DNA of 64,000 nucleotides from Pristiophorus japonicus (lineage: Eukaryota), in assembly GCF_044704955.1 (NCBI RefSeq), contig NC_091988.1, positions 145,576,001 through 145,640,000 on the forward strand, given 5' to 3'. A program made the position numbers and the translations under genes. Under the pieces are notes generated by a model. That model saw only the letters and a list, made by a program, of their open reading frames with translations. It made no database searches and was not told the DNA's origin. Shown piece after piece: positions 12,561 through 24,790 of this stretch (within the stretch, counting starts at the first letter, position 1; every line of letters starts with the position of its first letter).

Positions 12561-13884
12561 AAACATAGAAACATAGAAAATAGGTGCAGGAGTAGACCAT
12601 TCGGCCCTTCTAGCCTGCACCGCCATTCAATGAGTTCATGGCTGAACATGCAACTTCAGTACCCCATTCCTGCTTTCTCACCATACCCCTTGATTCCCCT
12701 AGTAGTAAGGACTTCATCTAACTCCTTTTTGAATATATTTAGTGAATTGGCCTCAACAACTTTCTGTGGTAGAGAATTCCACAGGTTCACCACTCTCTGG
12801 GTGAAGAAATTCCTCCTCATCTCGGTCCTAAATGGCTTCCCCCTTATCCTTAGACTGTGTCCCCTGGTTCTGGACTTCCCCAACATTGGGAACATTCTTC
12901 CTGCATCTAACCTGTCTAACCCCGTCAGAATTTTAAACGTTTCTATGAGGTCCCCTCTCATTCTTCTGAACTCCAGTGAATACAAGCCCAGTTGATCCAG
13001 TCTTTCTTGATAGGTCAGTCCCGCCATCCCGGGAATCAGTCTGGTGAACCTTCGCTACACTCCCTCAATAGCAAGAATGTCCTTCCTCAGGTTAGGAGAC
13101 CAAAACTGTACACAATACTCCAGGTGTGGCCTCACCAATGCCCTGTACAATTGTAGCAACACCTCCCTGCCCTTGTACTCAAATCCCCTCGCTATGAAGG
13201 CCAACATGCCATTTGCTTTCTTAACCGCCTGCTGTACCTGCATGCCAACCTTCAATGACTGATGTACCATGACACCCAGGTCTCTTTGCACCTGCCCTTT
13301 TCCTAATCTGTCACCATTCAGATAATAGTCTGTCTCTCTGTTTTTACCACCAAAGTGGATAACCTCACATTTATCCACATTATACTTCATCTGCCATGCA
13401 TTTGCCCACTCACCTAACCTATCCAAGTCGCTCTGCAGCCTCATAGAATCCTCCTTGCAGCTCACACTGCCACCCAACTTAGTGTCATCCGCAAATTTGG
13501 AGATACTACATTTAATCCCCTCGTCTAAATCATTAATGTACAGTGTAAACAGCTGGGGCCCCAGCACAGAACCTTGCGGTACCCCACTAGTCACTGCCTG
13601 CCATTCTGAAAAGTCCCCATTTACTCCTACTCTTTGCTTCCTGTCTGACAACCAGTTCTCAATCCATGTCAGCACACTACCCCCAATCCCATGTGCTTTA
13701 ACTTTGCACATTAATCTCTTGTGTGGGACCTTGTCGAAAGCCTTCTGAAAGTCCAAATATACCACATCAACTGGTTCTCCCTTGTCCACTCTACTGGAAA
13801 CATCCTCAAAAAATTCCAGAAGATTTGTCAAGCATGATTTCCCTTTCACAAATCCATGCTGACTTGGACCTATCATATTACCTC
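12561..13884 (-). mobile_element. Young 5'-truncated CR1 LINE nested in the older CR1
   Basis: 273-aa RT ORF (13055-13876, FADD motif) continues in frame into 12656-13027 across a single stop codon. 'taga' at both junctions. Confidence 0.95.
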
Positions 13885-14264
13885 TAGATGCAGAGAGGAT
13901 GTTTCCCCTCGTGGGGAAATCTAGAACTCAGGGGCATAAGTTCAGAATAAGGGGTCACCCATTTAAAACAGAAATGAGGAGGAACTTCTTCGCTCAGAAG
14001 GTCATGAATCTTTGGAATTCTCTTCCCTAGAGAGCTGTGGAGGCTGGGTCATTGAATATATTTAAGATGGAGACAGATAGATTTTTGAATGATAAGGGAG
14101 TTGAGGGTTATGGGGAGCAGACAGGGAAGTGGAGTTGAGGCCAAGATCAGATCAGCCATGATCTTATTGAATGGCGGAGCAGGCTTGAGCCAAATGGTCT
14201 ACTCCAGCTCCTGTTTCTTCTATTCTTATTTACCCCAGCACAATGTTGCATTTTGCCATTTGAA

Positions 14265-14840
14265 GGGCTAGAATTTCACCGACTTTGCGACCGGGTTTTT
14301 GCCACGATTTGACCCTGCGCAACGAAAACCAGGTCAGCAGGGTCTTCGGGCACCTTTTTTCGGCAGCACTTCCACGTACAGCCGGGGAGAGATGCGCCGA
14401 CTTACAATGCCGCAGATTGTGTTACCATTGTAATTTCGGCACTCTCCGCCACGCCCAGAATACTAACAGGATTAAACTTGTCGGTGCAGCCCTGCCAGCG
14501 ATACGTATAAAAGTGGTACGTATAAAGCCCTGCAAAAAAGGTAAGTTAAAGTTTTTATTTTAAATTATTTTGTCAGCGATTTAGTAGGTAAGGGTTTTGT
14601 GAATGTTTATTGCAATTTTTTTGTTTTGTTTTTTTCCCCCCTTCCAAGGCCTCTCACAATGCTACCAGCCTTGGACTAAAGTTGCTGAAACTCATGGTTT
14701 GTGCTGTGAATCCTTGTGCAACGCCGAGTTTACCGATGAAGCAGAAGTAAAGGCCGAAATTTTAGCCTAAAAACTGTAGCGCAGCGAAAACGGTAATTTT
14801 AGCGCAAAACTACGTTTGCCGACAACCGAAAACCTCGCTC
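14265..14840. mobile_element. Probable degraded MITE (Harbinger-like)
   Basis: CpG-rich island starting GGGCTAGAATTTC and ending GAAAACCTCGCTC (imperfect TIR). No clear TSD. Confidence 0.45.
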
Positions 14841-15716
14841 AATATTTCTTGTTCAAAATTAGAACAAAATATTTACTCAGCAGTCCTCATTTCTATTTCT
14901 TTCTTATGTTTACAGATCAGTATAGCAAAGAACTTCAATAAACTACAAGCAGCAATTAGTTCATCTTTCTTCTCCATATATTGATCAAACAACTGTATAT
15001 TTCCAATGTATGTTTTAATTTCTACTGGCTAGATTAGTGCTTTGATATTTCAATGAGGCAAGCGTCAAGCCAGATCTTTTATTGGGGAAAACAACACGTT
15101 ACCTGTCACAACTAAAACATCAACTTTTCCCTCATTGGTAGTGAACTTCATGAACAGTAACAATTGTGTTTTTCAAAACAAATTTTTCAAATTTCAAATT
15201 CAATTTCAGCAATCTTTGTTGCTGAGGCTCAATGTTGTCATTACACAACAGGGAAGAAAGAGTATTAACTTGCTGGCAACACAATATTAATAATAGTCTG
15301 TTATTAAAAACAAAAAACTAACAAAACAAACCACAAGGAATGAGAACTGACAGATACAGGCAAAAGGATGTGCAAGAATGAAATACCTATATTTATATTT
15401 CAAAATACAAAATGGCCCACACTAACTACACAGTAGCAAAGTCAGACTTGAGCTGTGAAAGTTACCTACACTAATAAAATATATAAATGGGTATTTTTGG
15501 ACATTAATTACTATTATATTTATACCACAAGTTTGTACAATTACTCGTGTGTCAAGTACTATTTTTGGTTTTATTTTAACCTTTGAAAGCAATTACGCTT
15601 CCATGGCATTAAAGCACATGCTGGTCACCACAAATTTCACTATTCGTAAAGTAAACAACAAATTTTAAGAGCTTTCAGTTGAACTGTGCAGCCAATACAT
15701 ACAAGTGGAACACAAT

Positions 15717-15969
15717 GGTCCTGAAATTGCAGTCGCTCATCAATGATTGCAATGGAATCCTTTATCATTGGAGGACCGGGCTCATGTGATCCCAGGGATG
15801 CTTCCGAACCACCTGCATCACTGGAATCTATTGGCCTTTATGCTGCCGTATGCCTGGAGGTCCGAGACCGCAACTCTACACAGCCTGGACGCCAGGAGGT
15901 AGGTTTGGACTTGTTTAGCAGGTCGGAGGTGTACTCTGGAGACAAGCCTCTGACCGCAATTTCTAGGCC
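15717..15969. mobile_element. Short MITE with 3-bp TSD (Harbinger-type), 253 bp
   Basis: TIR GGTCCTGAAATTGCAGTC / GACCGCAATTTCTAGGCC. TSD AAT on both sides. Confidence 0.8.
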
Positions 15970-16959
15970 AATAAAAACAGCATTGTAGTCTACGTTGTTA
16001 TTTCTGCAGATGTTTACACTCCTTATAGCAATTAGTATGGGTTGAGGGAATGGGATAGATTACACATCCTCTTTCATTATTACCCAACTCCTTTGCATTT
16101 ATTACCTATGCATTCAATTTCAAAATTGTCAAACACAATTTCAGATTGATGAGCAAGATGCTTTTCCAATATCAGCATTAAAGCCGTTTCAAACAAATTA
16201 GAAATACATTTAGGAAGTTTCACTTCTAACACATGTCTGTCATACTTCAAAACATAAAATGTTCATTTATATTTTTAAAAATCAGTTGTTTACTGTTGGC
16301 TTTTCAGACCCTGAATATCTGGTCCTTGGAATGTGGTTGAAATGGGCACAATCCCAGAGGATGTGCAGGGCTTAAAGGTCAGGCCAGATGAAACACTGCT
16401 CCATTTTAACAACTAAAGATCACAAATGTGTTCTAGACTATCTTGGGAGCAATGCCACAAATCTGCTACTACTCGATGACTGAATTATGTGGTATACAAA
16501 TTATACCTCTGTCTAAATGCTCCAGCATCCTGAACCCTAGCCTATCTGTGGAAACTGAACACCAGAAGTAGGTTCTAGGAATGGTAAGACTTCAAATTCA
16601 ACAGGTTAAATCCGAGTTATGTTCTCTTATATATTGTATATTCGTCATATAAGGCAAGACTCTCTGGTCCAATAAAGATTAACTGCCCCTATCAACTTGT
16701 AACCATTACACTTTCAAAATGATTCTTCTTCATCATCATAATTACATACTTTTTGTATCAACTTCCTGGTTTAGTGCTGCGTTTTACGTGCACTTCTCTT
16801 AAAATTAAAAGACCGATGGAGGTTGCACTGGGCATTGCCATTTCTGCTGCTCCAGAAACAAAAATATAACGCTGGCCACTGGAACACAACACATCCATAT
16901 TGAGTCACAGCAATGCTATGTAGGCCCACTGCCACTTGAATCAATATACGCTGTCCTCT

Positions 16960-17730
16960 AATGTGACGGCGCCATCTTCGATTCATCAAGCAACACTTGC
17001 ACCTCAATTAAGAGCCATTTTTTCCCTCCCTCCAATTCGTCGCTTTCTTGCCACAGCTCCGAGTATGGCCGTGTCATAAGGATGCTGATTATAAGATGCG
17101 GCCAAGTGGCGGACTCACCGTGCAATGTTATCCATTGGGAAACCGGTGCCGAACAGACTCGCGTAACTCGACCACAAGCAGCAGATTGCTCCCACCGCCT
17201 GCTCGCCGTCTGATTGGCTGTCGCCAACTTCTGGGTCCGCGAGCTCTTGCAGGCAGTCAAAAACCCAACGGCCTGCGCACTAGGCTGGCGCGGAAGGGGT
17301 GCGCCGTTGAACCCAACAGCCGGCGCGCCTGCGCACTAGGCTGGCTCGAGGGGGTGCGCCGTTAAATCCAGCAGACGGCGCGCCTGCGCACTAGGCTAGC
17401 GCGGGAGGAGTGCGCCGTTAAACCCAACAGCCAGTGCGCCTGCGCACTAGGCTGGTTCGAGGGGGTGCGCCGTTAAATCCAGCAGACGGCGCGCCTGCGC
17501 ACTAGGCTAGCGCGAGAGGGGTGCGCCGTTAAACCCAACAGCTTGCGCGCCTGCGCACTAGGCTGGCTCGAGGGGGTGCGCCGTTACTTCCAGCAGACGG
17601 CGCGCCTGCACACTAGGCTGGCGCGGGAGGGGTGCGCTGTTAAACCCAACGGCCGGCGCGCCTGCGCACAAGACAACGGGAGGGGGCGGGGCTGGCGTCA
17701 AACGGACAACAGCGAATCTCATCTCTGGTA
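16960..17730 (-). promoter_or_regulatory. SPATA2: Putative SPATA2 CpG-island promoter and non-coding exon 1 (donor at 17119)
   Basis: CpG-dense region. On the - strand: donor CACG|GTGAGT (17119/17118), CCAAT (~17213-17217), YY1-like AAGATGGCG (16970-16978). GC box GGGGGCGGGGC at 17682-17692. Upstream of the SPATA2 coding exon in the correct orientation. Confidence 0.7.
17262..17670. repeat. GC-rich minisatellite: alternating 56/55-bp units (111-bp higher-order repeat), each with an NRF1-like motif
   Basis: cctgc(g/a)cac starts at 17272, 17328, 17383, 17439, 17494, 17550, 17605 and 17661 (spacings 56,55,56,55,56,55,56). Confidence 0.95.
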
Positions 17731-17984
17731 AGTTTAGCATATACGTCCCATCGTTTGATAAGGACTTCCAATATGTATTTAATTTTAATTCACTGGAGAA
17801 TATGCCACTATAATTATGCGCAACAAGCAGTCTGCGAGGGAGCTTCCTTTGAGTGAGCAAGGTGGGTCAAGCGCACCTCATCCTCAGCGGATGGACAGCA
17901 GTGAATCAGGCCATTCAGCCCAACCAGTCCGTATCGGCTTATGCCCTCCACTTATACTATCCCCTAGATGTCTGTAGTACTGTA

Positions 17985-18437
17985 GCAGGACTGACCTATC
18001 AAGAAAGACTGAATCAACTGGGCTTGTATTCACTGGAGTTCAGAAGAATGAGAGGGGACCTTATAGAAACGTTTAAAATTCTGATGGGTTTAGACAGGTT
18101 AGATGCAGGAAGAATGTTCACAATGTTGGGGAAGTCCAGAACCAGGGGTCACAGTCTAAGGATAAGGGGTAAGCCATTTAGGACCGAGATGAGGAGAAAC
18201 TTCTTCACCCAGAGAGTGGTGAACCTGTGGAATTCTCTACCACAGAAAGTTGTTGAGGCCAATTCACTAAATATATTCAAAAAGGAGTTAGATGTAGTCC
18301 TTACTACTAAGGGGATCAAGGGGTATGGCAAGAAAGCAGGAATGGGGTACTGAAGTTGCATGTTCAGCCATTGAATGGCGGTGCAGGCTAGAAGGGCCGA
18401 ATGGCCTACTCCTGCACCTATTTTCTATGTTTCTATG
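17985..18437 (+). mobile_element. CR1 LINE 3' fragment
   Basis: AGLTYQERL...FRRMRGDLIETFKIL...RRNFFTQRVVNLWNSLP, followed by the ttctatgt tail. Confidence 0.92.
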
Positions 18438-18894
18438 AGAGCAACGGCAGTGAAAAGGGACGTCACCAAGGTCCAGTTTGGTGATTGGAGCGTGGGCAGG
18501 TACATCAGGAGCGGCGAAGTCAGGGCAAAGGAGCGGCGAGAGATCGTGGAGCGACGTGATCGGGGCCCAGGAGAGGCGCGAGTTCGGGGCCCAGTATGGG
18601 CCAGCCCACACTGCGATATGTATGCGCACTAGGTCTGTGCAGCAGAGCTGGTCTCCAGCCGTCTTGGTTAATCCTTGCTACTGGATCAAGACCTAGCTCT
18701 GTCAAGCCCGTGTGGTGGCTGGTGTGCAACAGTCACCACATGTTTAAAAAATCCAAGCACGGGCATCTTCCACCCTTCAAGATTTAGTTTGGACCTGGAA
18801 TTTTAGGTCCATCATTGAAATACCTGTGAACTTTTTGACTTGGAAGCAAGTCATCCTCGGTTCGAGGGACTGCCTATAATGATGATGATGATGA
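18438..18894 (+). mobile_element. RTE-tailed SINE / non-autonomous retroelement with (ATG)n tail
   Basis: 3' end tggaagcaagtcatcctcggttcgagggactgcctataatgatgatgatgat matches the reverse complement of the RTE 3' end at 50221-50270. Confidence 0.75.
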
Positions 18895-19815
18895 TTATGC
18901 CCTCCACGTTAGCAAATAGTTAATATCCCTTCAACCCCTTTCAGATCAGCTCTTACAAACTTAGGGCCTCGTTTAGATATTCTCTTCTGCTGCTGAAACC
19001 CTCATTCATGCCTTTGTTACCTCTACACTTGATTACTCCAACTCACTCCTGGCCATCCATTTGGAAGTCATCCAAAACTCAGCAACCCATTTATTAGTCA
19101 AGATCACCCATCATCCCTGTGCTTTCTGACCTGCATTGGCTCCCAGTAAAATGCTTTCAATTTCAAAATTCTCATCCTTGTTTACAAATCACTCCACAGA
19201 TTTGCCCCTCCCTATCTCTGTAATCTTTTTCAGCCTCACAATCCCATAAGAAATAGGAGCAGGAGTAGGTCATACAGCTCCTCGAGCCTGCTCCACCATT
19301 TAATACGATCATGGCTGATCCGATCATGAACTTAAGTTCACTTCCCTGACCACTCCCCATAACCGCTTATCGGTTAAGAAACTGTCTATCTCTGTCTTAA
19401 ATTTATTCAATGACCCAGCTTCCACAGCTCTCTGAGGCAGCAAATTCCACAGATTTCCAACCCTCAGAGAAGAAATTCCTCCTCATCTCAGTTTTAAATG
19501 GGCGGCCCCTTATTCTAAGATTATGCCCTCCAGTTCTAGTTTCCCCTATCAATGGAAACATCCTCTCAGCATCCACCTTGTCAAGCCCTCTCATAATCTT
19601 ATACGTTTCGATAAGATCACCTCTAATTCTTCTGAATTCCAATGAGTAGAGGCCCAACCTACTCAGCCTTTCCTCATAAGTCAACCCCCTCATCTCCGGA
19701 ATGAACTTCTCTGAACTGCCTCCAAAGTAAGTATATCCTTTCTTAAATATGGAAACCAAAACTGTACGCAGTATTCCAGGTGTTGCCTCACCAATACCCT
19801 GTAGAACTGTAGCAG

Positions 19816-22800
19816 GGTGATGTGAATCTATGCAGGGAGACAGATGGAAGTAAAATGGAGGCAGAAGCAAAAGGTAGAAAGGAGATAAGGAAAAGTGGAG
19901 GGCAGAGAAATCAAAGGGAAAAATCAAAAAGGGCCACATTACAGCATAATTCTAAAAGGACAAAGAGTGTGAAAAAAACAAGCCTGAAGACTCTGTGTCT
20001 CAATGCAAGGAGTATTCGTAATAAGGTGGATGAATTAACTGCGCAGATAGCTGTTAACGGATATGATGTAATTGGGATTACGGAGACTTGGCTCCAGGAT
20101 GATCAAGGCTGGGAACTCAACATCCAGGGGTATTCAATATTCAGGAAGGATAGACAGAAAGGAAAAGGAGATGGGGTAGCGTTACTGGTTAAAGAGGAGA
20201 TTAACACAATAGTAAGGAAAGACATTAGCTTGGATGATGTGGAATCTGTATGGGTAGAGCTTCAGAACACCAAAGGGCAGAAAATGTTAGTGGGAGTTGT
20301 GTACAGACCACCAAACAGTGGTAGTGAGGTTGGGGACAGCATCAAACAGGAAATTAGGGATGCGTGCAATAAAGGTACAGCAGTTAATCATGGGTGCCTT
20401 TAATCTACATATAGATTGGGCTAACCAAACTGGTAGCAATATGGTGGAGGAGAATTTCTAGACCAATATGTTGAGGAACCAACTAGAAAGCAGACCATCC
20501 TAGACTGGGTCTTGTGTAATGAGAGAGGATTCATTGGCAATTTTGTTGTGCGAGGCCCCTTGGGGAAAAGTGATCATAATATGGTAGAATTCTTTATTAG
20601 ATGGAGAGTGACACAGTTAATTCAGAGACTAGGGTCCTGAACTTAAAGAAAGGTAACTTCGATGGTATGAGACGTGAATTGGCTCGGATAGACTGACGAT
20701 TTATACTTAAAGGGTTGACGGTGGATAGGCAATGGCAGACATTTAAAGATCACATGGATGAACTTCAACAATTGTATATCCCTGTCTGGCGTAAAAATAA
20801 AACGGGGAAGGTGGCTCAACTGTGGCTAACAAGGGAAATTAGGGATAGTGTTAAATCCAAGGAAGAAGCATGTAAATTGGTCAGAAAAAGCAGCAAACCT
20901 GAGGATTGGGAGAAATTTAGAATTCAGCAGAGGAGGACAAGGGGTCTAATTAGGAGGGGGAAAATAGAGTATGAGAGTAAGCTTGCAGGGAACATAAAAA
21001 CTGACTGCAAATGCTTCTATAGATGTGAGAGAGAACGATTAGTGAAGACAAATGTAGTTCCCTTGCAGTCAGAATCAGGTGAATTTATAATGGGGAACAA
21101 AGAAATGGCAGACCAATTGAACAAATACTTTGGTTCTGTCTTCACTAAGGAAGACACAAATAACCTTCCAGAAATACTAGGGGACCAAGGATCCAGCGAG
21201 AAGGAGGAACTGAAGGAAATCCTTATTAGTCATGGAAATTGTGTTAGGGAAATTGATGGGATTGAAGGCCGATAAATCCCCAGGGCCTGATATTCTGCAT
21301 CCTAGAGTACTTAAGGAAGTGGCCTTAGAAATAGTGGATGCATTGGTGGTCATTTTCCAACATTCTATAGACTCTGGATTAGTTCCGATGAATTGGAGGG
21401 TAGCTAATGTAACACCACTTTTTTAAAAAGGAGGGAGAGAGAAAACAGGGAATTATAAACTGGTTAGCCGGCCATCGGTAGTGGGGAAAATGTTGGAATC
21501 AATTATTAAAGATGAAATAGCAGCTCATTTGGAAAATAGTGACAGGATCGGTCCAAGTCAGCATGGATTTATGAAAGGGAAATCATGCTTGACAAATCTT
21601 CTAGAATTTTTTGAGGATGTAACAGGTAGAGTGAACAAGGGAGAACCAGTGGATGTGGTGTATTTGGACTTTCAAAAGGCTTTTGACAAGGTCCCACACA
21701 AGAGATTAGTGTGCAAAATTAAAGCACATGGTATTGGGGGTAATGTATTGATGTGGCTAGAGAACTGGTTGGCAGACAGGAAGCAAAGAGTAGGAATAAA
21801 CAGGTCCTTTTCAGAATGGCAGGCAGTGACAAGTGGGTTACCGCAAGGTTCAGTGCTGTGCCCCTAGCTATTTACAATATACATTAATGATTTCGACAAA
21901 GTAATTGAATGTAATATCTCTAAGTTTGCAGATGATGCTAAGCTGGGTGGCAGTGTGAGCTGTGAGAAGGATGCTAAGAGGCTGCAGGGTGACTTGGACA
22001 GGTTAGGTGAGCGGGCAAATGCATGGCAGATGCAGTATAATGTAGATAAATGTGAGGTTATCCACTTTGGTGGCAAAAACAGGGAGGCAGAATATTATCT
22101 GAATGGTGACAGATTAGGAAAAGAGGAGGTGCAACGGTATCTGGGTGTCATGGTACATCAGTCATTGAAAGTTGACATGCAGGTACAACAGGCGGTGCAG
22201 AAGGCAAATGGCATGTTCGCCTTCATTGCGAGAGGATTTGAGTATGGGAGCAGGGAGGTCTTACTGCAGTTGTACAGGGCCTTGGTAAGGCTACACTTTG
22301 AATATTGTGTACAGTTTTGGTCTCCTAATCTGAGGAAGGACATTCTTGCTATTGAGGGAGTGCAGCGAAGGTTCACCAGACTGATTCCCGGGATAGCAAG
22401 ACTGACCTATGAAGAAAGACTGGATCAACTGGGCCTTTATACACTGGAGTTTAGAAGGATGAGAGGGGATCTCATAGAAATGTATAAGATTCTGACGGGT
22501 TAGATGCGGGAAGAATGTTCCCGATGTTGGGGAAGTCCAGAACCAGGGGACACAGTCTTAGGATAAGGGGTAGGCCATTTAGGACTGAGATGAGGAGCAA
22601 CTTCTTCACTCAGAGTTGTTAACCTGTGGAATTCCCTGCCGCAGAGAGTCGTTGATGCCAGTTCATTGGATATATTCAAGAGGGAGTTAGATATGGCCCT
22701 TATGGCTAAAGGGATCAAGGCGTATGGAGAGAAAGCGGGAAAGGGGTACTGAGGTGAATGATCAGCCATGATCATATTGAATGGTGGTGCAGGCTTGAAG

Positions 22801-22843
22801 GGCCAAAAGGCCTACTCCTGCACCTATTTTCTATATTTCTATC
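19816..22843 (+). mobile_element. Near-full-length CR1 ORF2 (APE endonuclease + RT), frameshifted
   Basis: CLNARSIRNK...IGITETWL...VVYRPP (APE domain), then [23 protein letters not shown] and the 3' tail. Confidence 0.95.
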
Positions 22844-23095
22844 AGGAGAAACTTCTTCATTCAGAGAATTGTGAACCTGTGGAATTCTCTACCACAGAAA
22901 GTTGTTGAGGCCAGTTCGTTAGATATATTCAAAAGGGATTTAGATGTGGCCCTTATGGCTAAAGGGATCAAGGTGTATGGAGAGAAAGCAGGAATCGGAT
23001 ACTGAAGTTGCATGATCAGCCATGATCATATTGAATGGTCGTGCAGGCTCGAAGGGCCGAATGGCCTACTACTGCACCTATTTGCTATGTTTCTA
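22844..23095 (+). mobile_element. Second CR1 3'-end fragment directly after the tail of the previous copy
   Basis: Repeats aggagaaacttcttc...tttgctatgtttct with diagnostic differences (ccacagaaagttgttgagg vs ccgcagagagtcgttgatg). Confidence 0.85.
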
Positions 23096-24279
23096 AGACT
23101 GCTTTTATACTCCATCTCCTTCATTGGCCTTCCTGATCACTTGCTGTAGCTGCATACTAACCTTTTGTGTTTCATGCACCAGGACCCCCAGGTCCCACTG
23201 TACTGCAGCACTTTGCAATTTTTCTCCATTTAAATAATAACTTGCTCCTTGATTTCTTTTCTGCCAGAGTGCATAACCTCACACTTTCCAACATTATACT
23301 CCATCTGCCAAATTTTTGCCCTTTCACTTAGCCTGTTTATGTCCTTTTGCAGGTTTTTTGTGTCCTCCTCACACATTACTTTTCCTCCCATCTTTGTATT
23401 GTCAACAAACTTGGCTACGTTACACTCGGTCCTTTCATCCAAGTCGTTAATATAATTGTAAATAGTTGGGGTCCCAGCATTAATCCCTGCGCACCCCACT
23501 AGTTACTGATTGCCAACCTGAAAATGAACCATTTATCCCGATTCTCTCTTTTCTGTTAGTTAGCCAATCCTCTATCCATGGTAATATATTACCCCCAACC
23601 CCGTGAACTTTTATCTTGTGCAGTAACCTTTTATGTGGCACCTTGTCAAATGCCTTCTGGAAGTCCAAATACACCTGCTCAACCATCGGTGGACGTGCCT
23701 TCAGCTGCCTGAGCCCAAAGCTCTGGAACTCCCTCCCTAAACCTCTACGCCTCTCTACCTCTCTTTCCTCCTTTAAGACACTCATTAAAATCTACCTCTT
23801 TAAACAAGCTTTTAATCATCTGCCTTAATTTCTTCTGTGGCTTGGTGTCAAATGTATCTGTCTGTAACACTGTTGTGAAGCGCCTTGAGACGTTTTACTA
23901 CGTTAAAGGCACTATCTAAATAAAAGTTATTATTAGTGGTGTTGGTGACTTTCATAAGTGTTCTGAGCATCTTGTGTTTAGGTGGGTGTGCCCATACTGC
24001 TCAATATCTAACTAGACTTTGCAGAACTCGGGTATAACAATAATACTCCCTTGTGACCTGAACTGCTTACCTACTTTACAACAGTGACCACACTATGAAA
24101 GTACATCATTGACTTTGGGATGTCCCGAAGTCATGAAAGGCTCTATAGAAATGCAAGTTTTTTATTTTCTTTCTATTTTACTTTTCCCACACGTTCTCAT
24201 GTGCGCTTATCCAGGGCTATTTTCCTGGATCCCCTTCCCGCACAAGGGTATTAGACCTTCCTCATCAACCCCCACAGCG

Positions 24280-24790
24280 CTATGCACTGGGCCGCGTAGG
24301 AGGGCCCTCCCCTTCATTAAAGGGGCAGGCTAAGCTGCAGAGTCCGTGGAGCCCTACCTGGACCACGGGAGCGGGGTGCTGTGCCATCAGCCCGACACTT
24401 AAGCAGAGTGCCAGGCTGCCAGATCGTGGCACGGAACCCGCATTTAAGGAGCCATCGGGCCACGACAAGTAAGTTGGCCGATTTTTTTTTTTTATCCACG
24501 TGCATGCCACCTCCCCTTTAACTAGCGCCCAAGCTAGCGGCTGGCCACCATGTATGCGCCCCCTGAAGTTGTCGGTGGCATCATCCGGCGCAGCTTCTGT
24601 GGGCGATACCAAATTTTTGCTCCAGGTCAAAAACGGGTCGCTGCTCACGGTGATGAAGTCGTCATCGCCAGCAGAGCGGGGCGCTACCGGTTACCGCCGC
24701 CGTTACACTCTCGCAGAATTTAGCGGGAGTCGTTAACGGCGTCGCGCTCGGGTGAAACCTCATTTGCGCAAATGACCCCAATTTCTCCCC
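24280..24790. mobile_element. GC-rich dispersed repeat, probable DNA-transposon remnant
   Basis: CpG-rich block ending caatttctcccc, similar to the Harbinger-type termini. No matching left TIR found. Confidence 0.35.

Larger units (their letters stand above)
9409..14230 (+). mobile_element. Older CR1 LINE (endonuclease C-terminus, RT, 3' UTR), interrupted by a Harbinger MITE (10674-11676) and a younger CR1 (12561-13884)
   Basis: ORF2 fragments: QYVVEPTREQTILDL, GKSDHSMVEF, QRDLGVLVHE. The sequence resumes colinearly after each insertion. Confidence 0.88.
19245..23673 (-). mobile_element. CR1 LINE split into 19245-19815 and 23096-23673
   Basis: ORFs 19403-19939, 23230-23499 and 23480-23785 contain CR1 RT motifs. 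Junction sequences ctgtagca and agactgcttttatactcc are adjacent in intact copies. Confidence 0.88.
18960..23936 (+). mobile_element. L2-type LINE 3' region split into 18960-19245 and 23674-23936 by nested CR1s
   Basis: L2-like coding remnants (AETLIHAFVTS.LDYSNSLL; GGRAFSCLSPKLWNSLP) and a (tta)n tail. Homologous to 37670-38212 / 43533-43670 / 46813-46970. Confidence 0.75.

Noticed and set aside
12656-13876. Reverse transcriptase ORFs as an active or domesticated RT system
   Set aside because: All RT ORFs in the window are 5'-truncated or disrupted CR1 ORF2 copies with standard tails. None is intact.
17262-17670. Regularly spaced repeats resembling a CRISPR array
   Set aside because: The 'spacers' are themselves repeated (two alternating variants), there are no cas genes, and the context is a vertebrate CpG island. 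It is a minisatellite.
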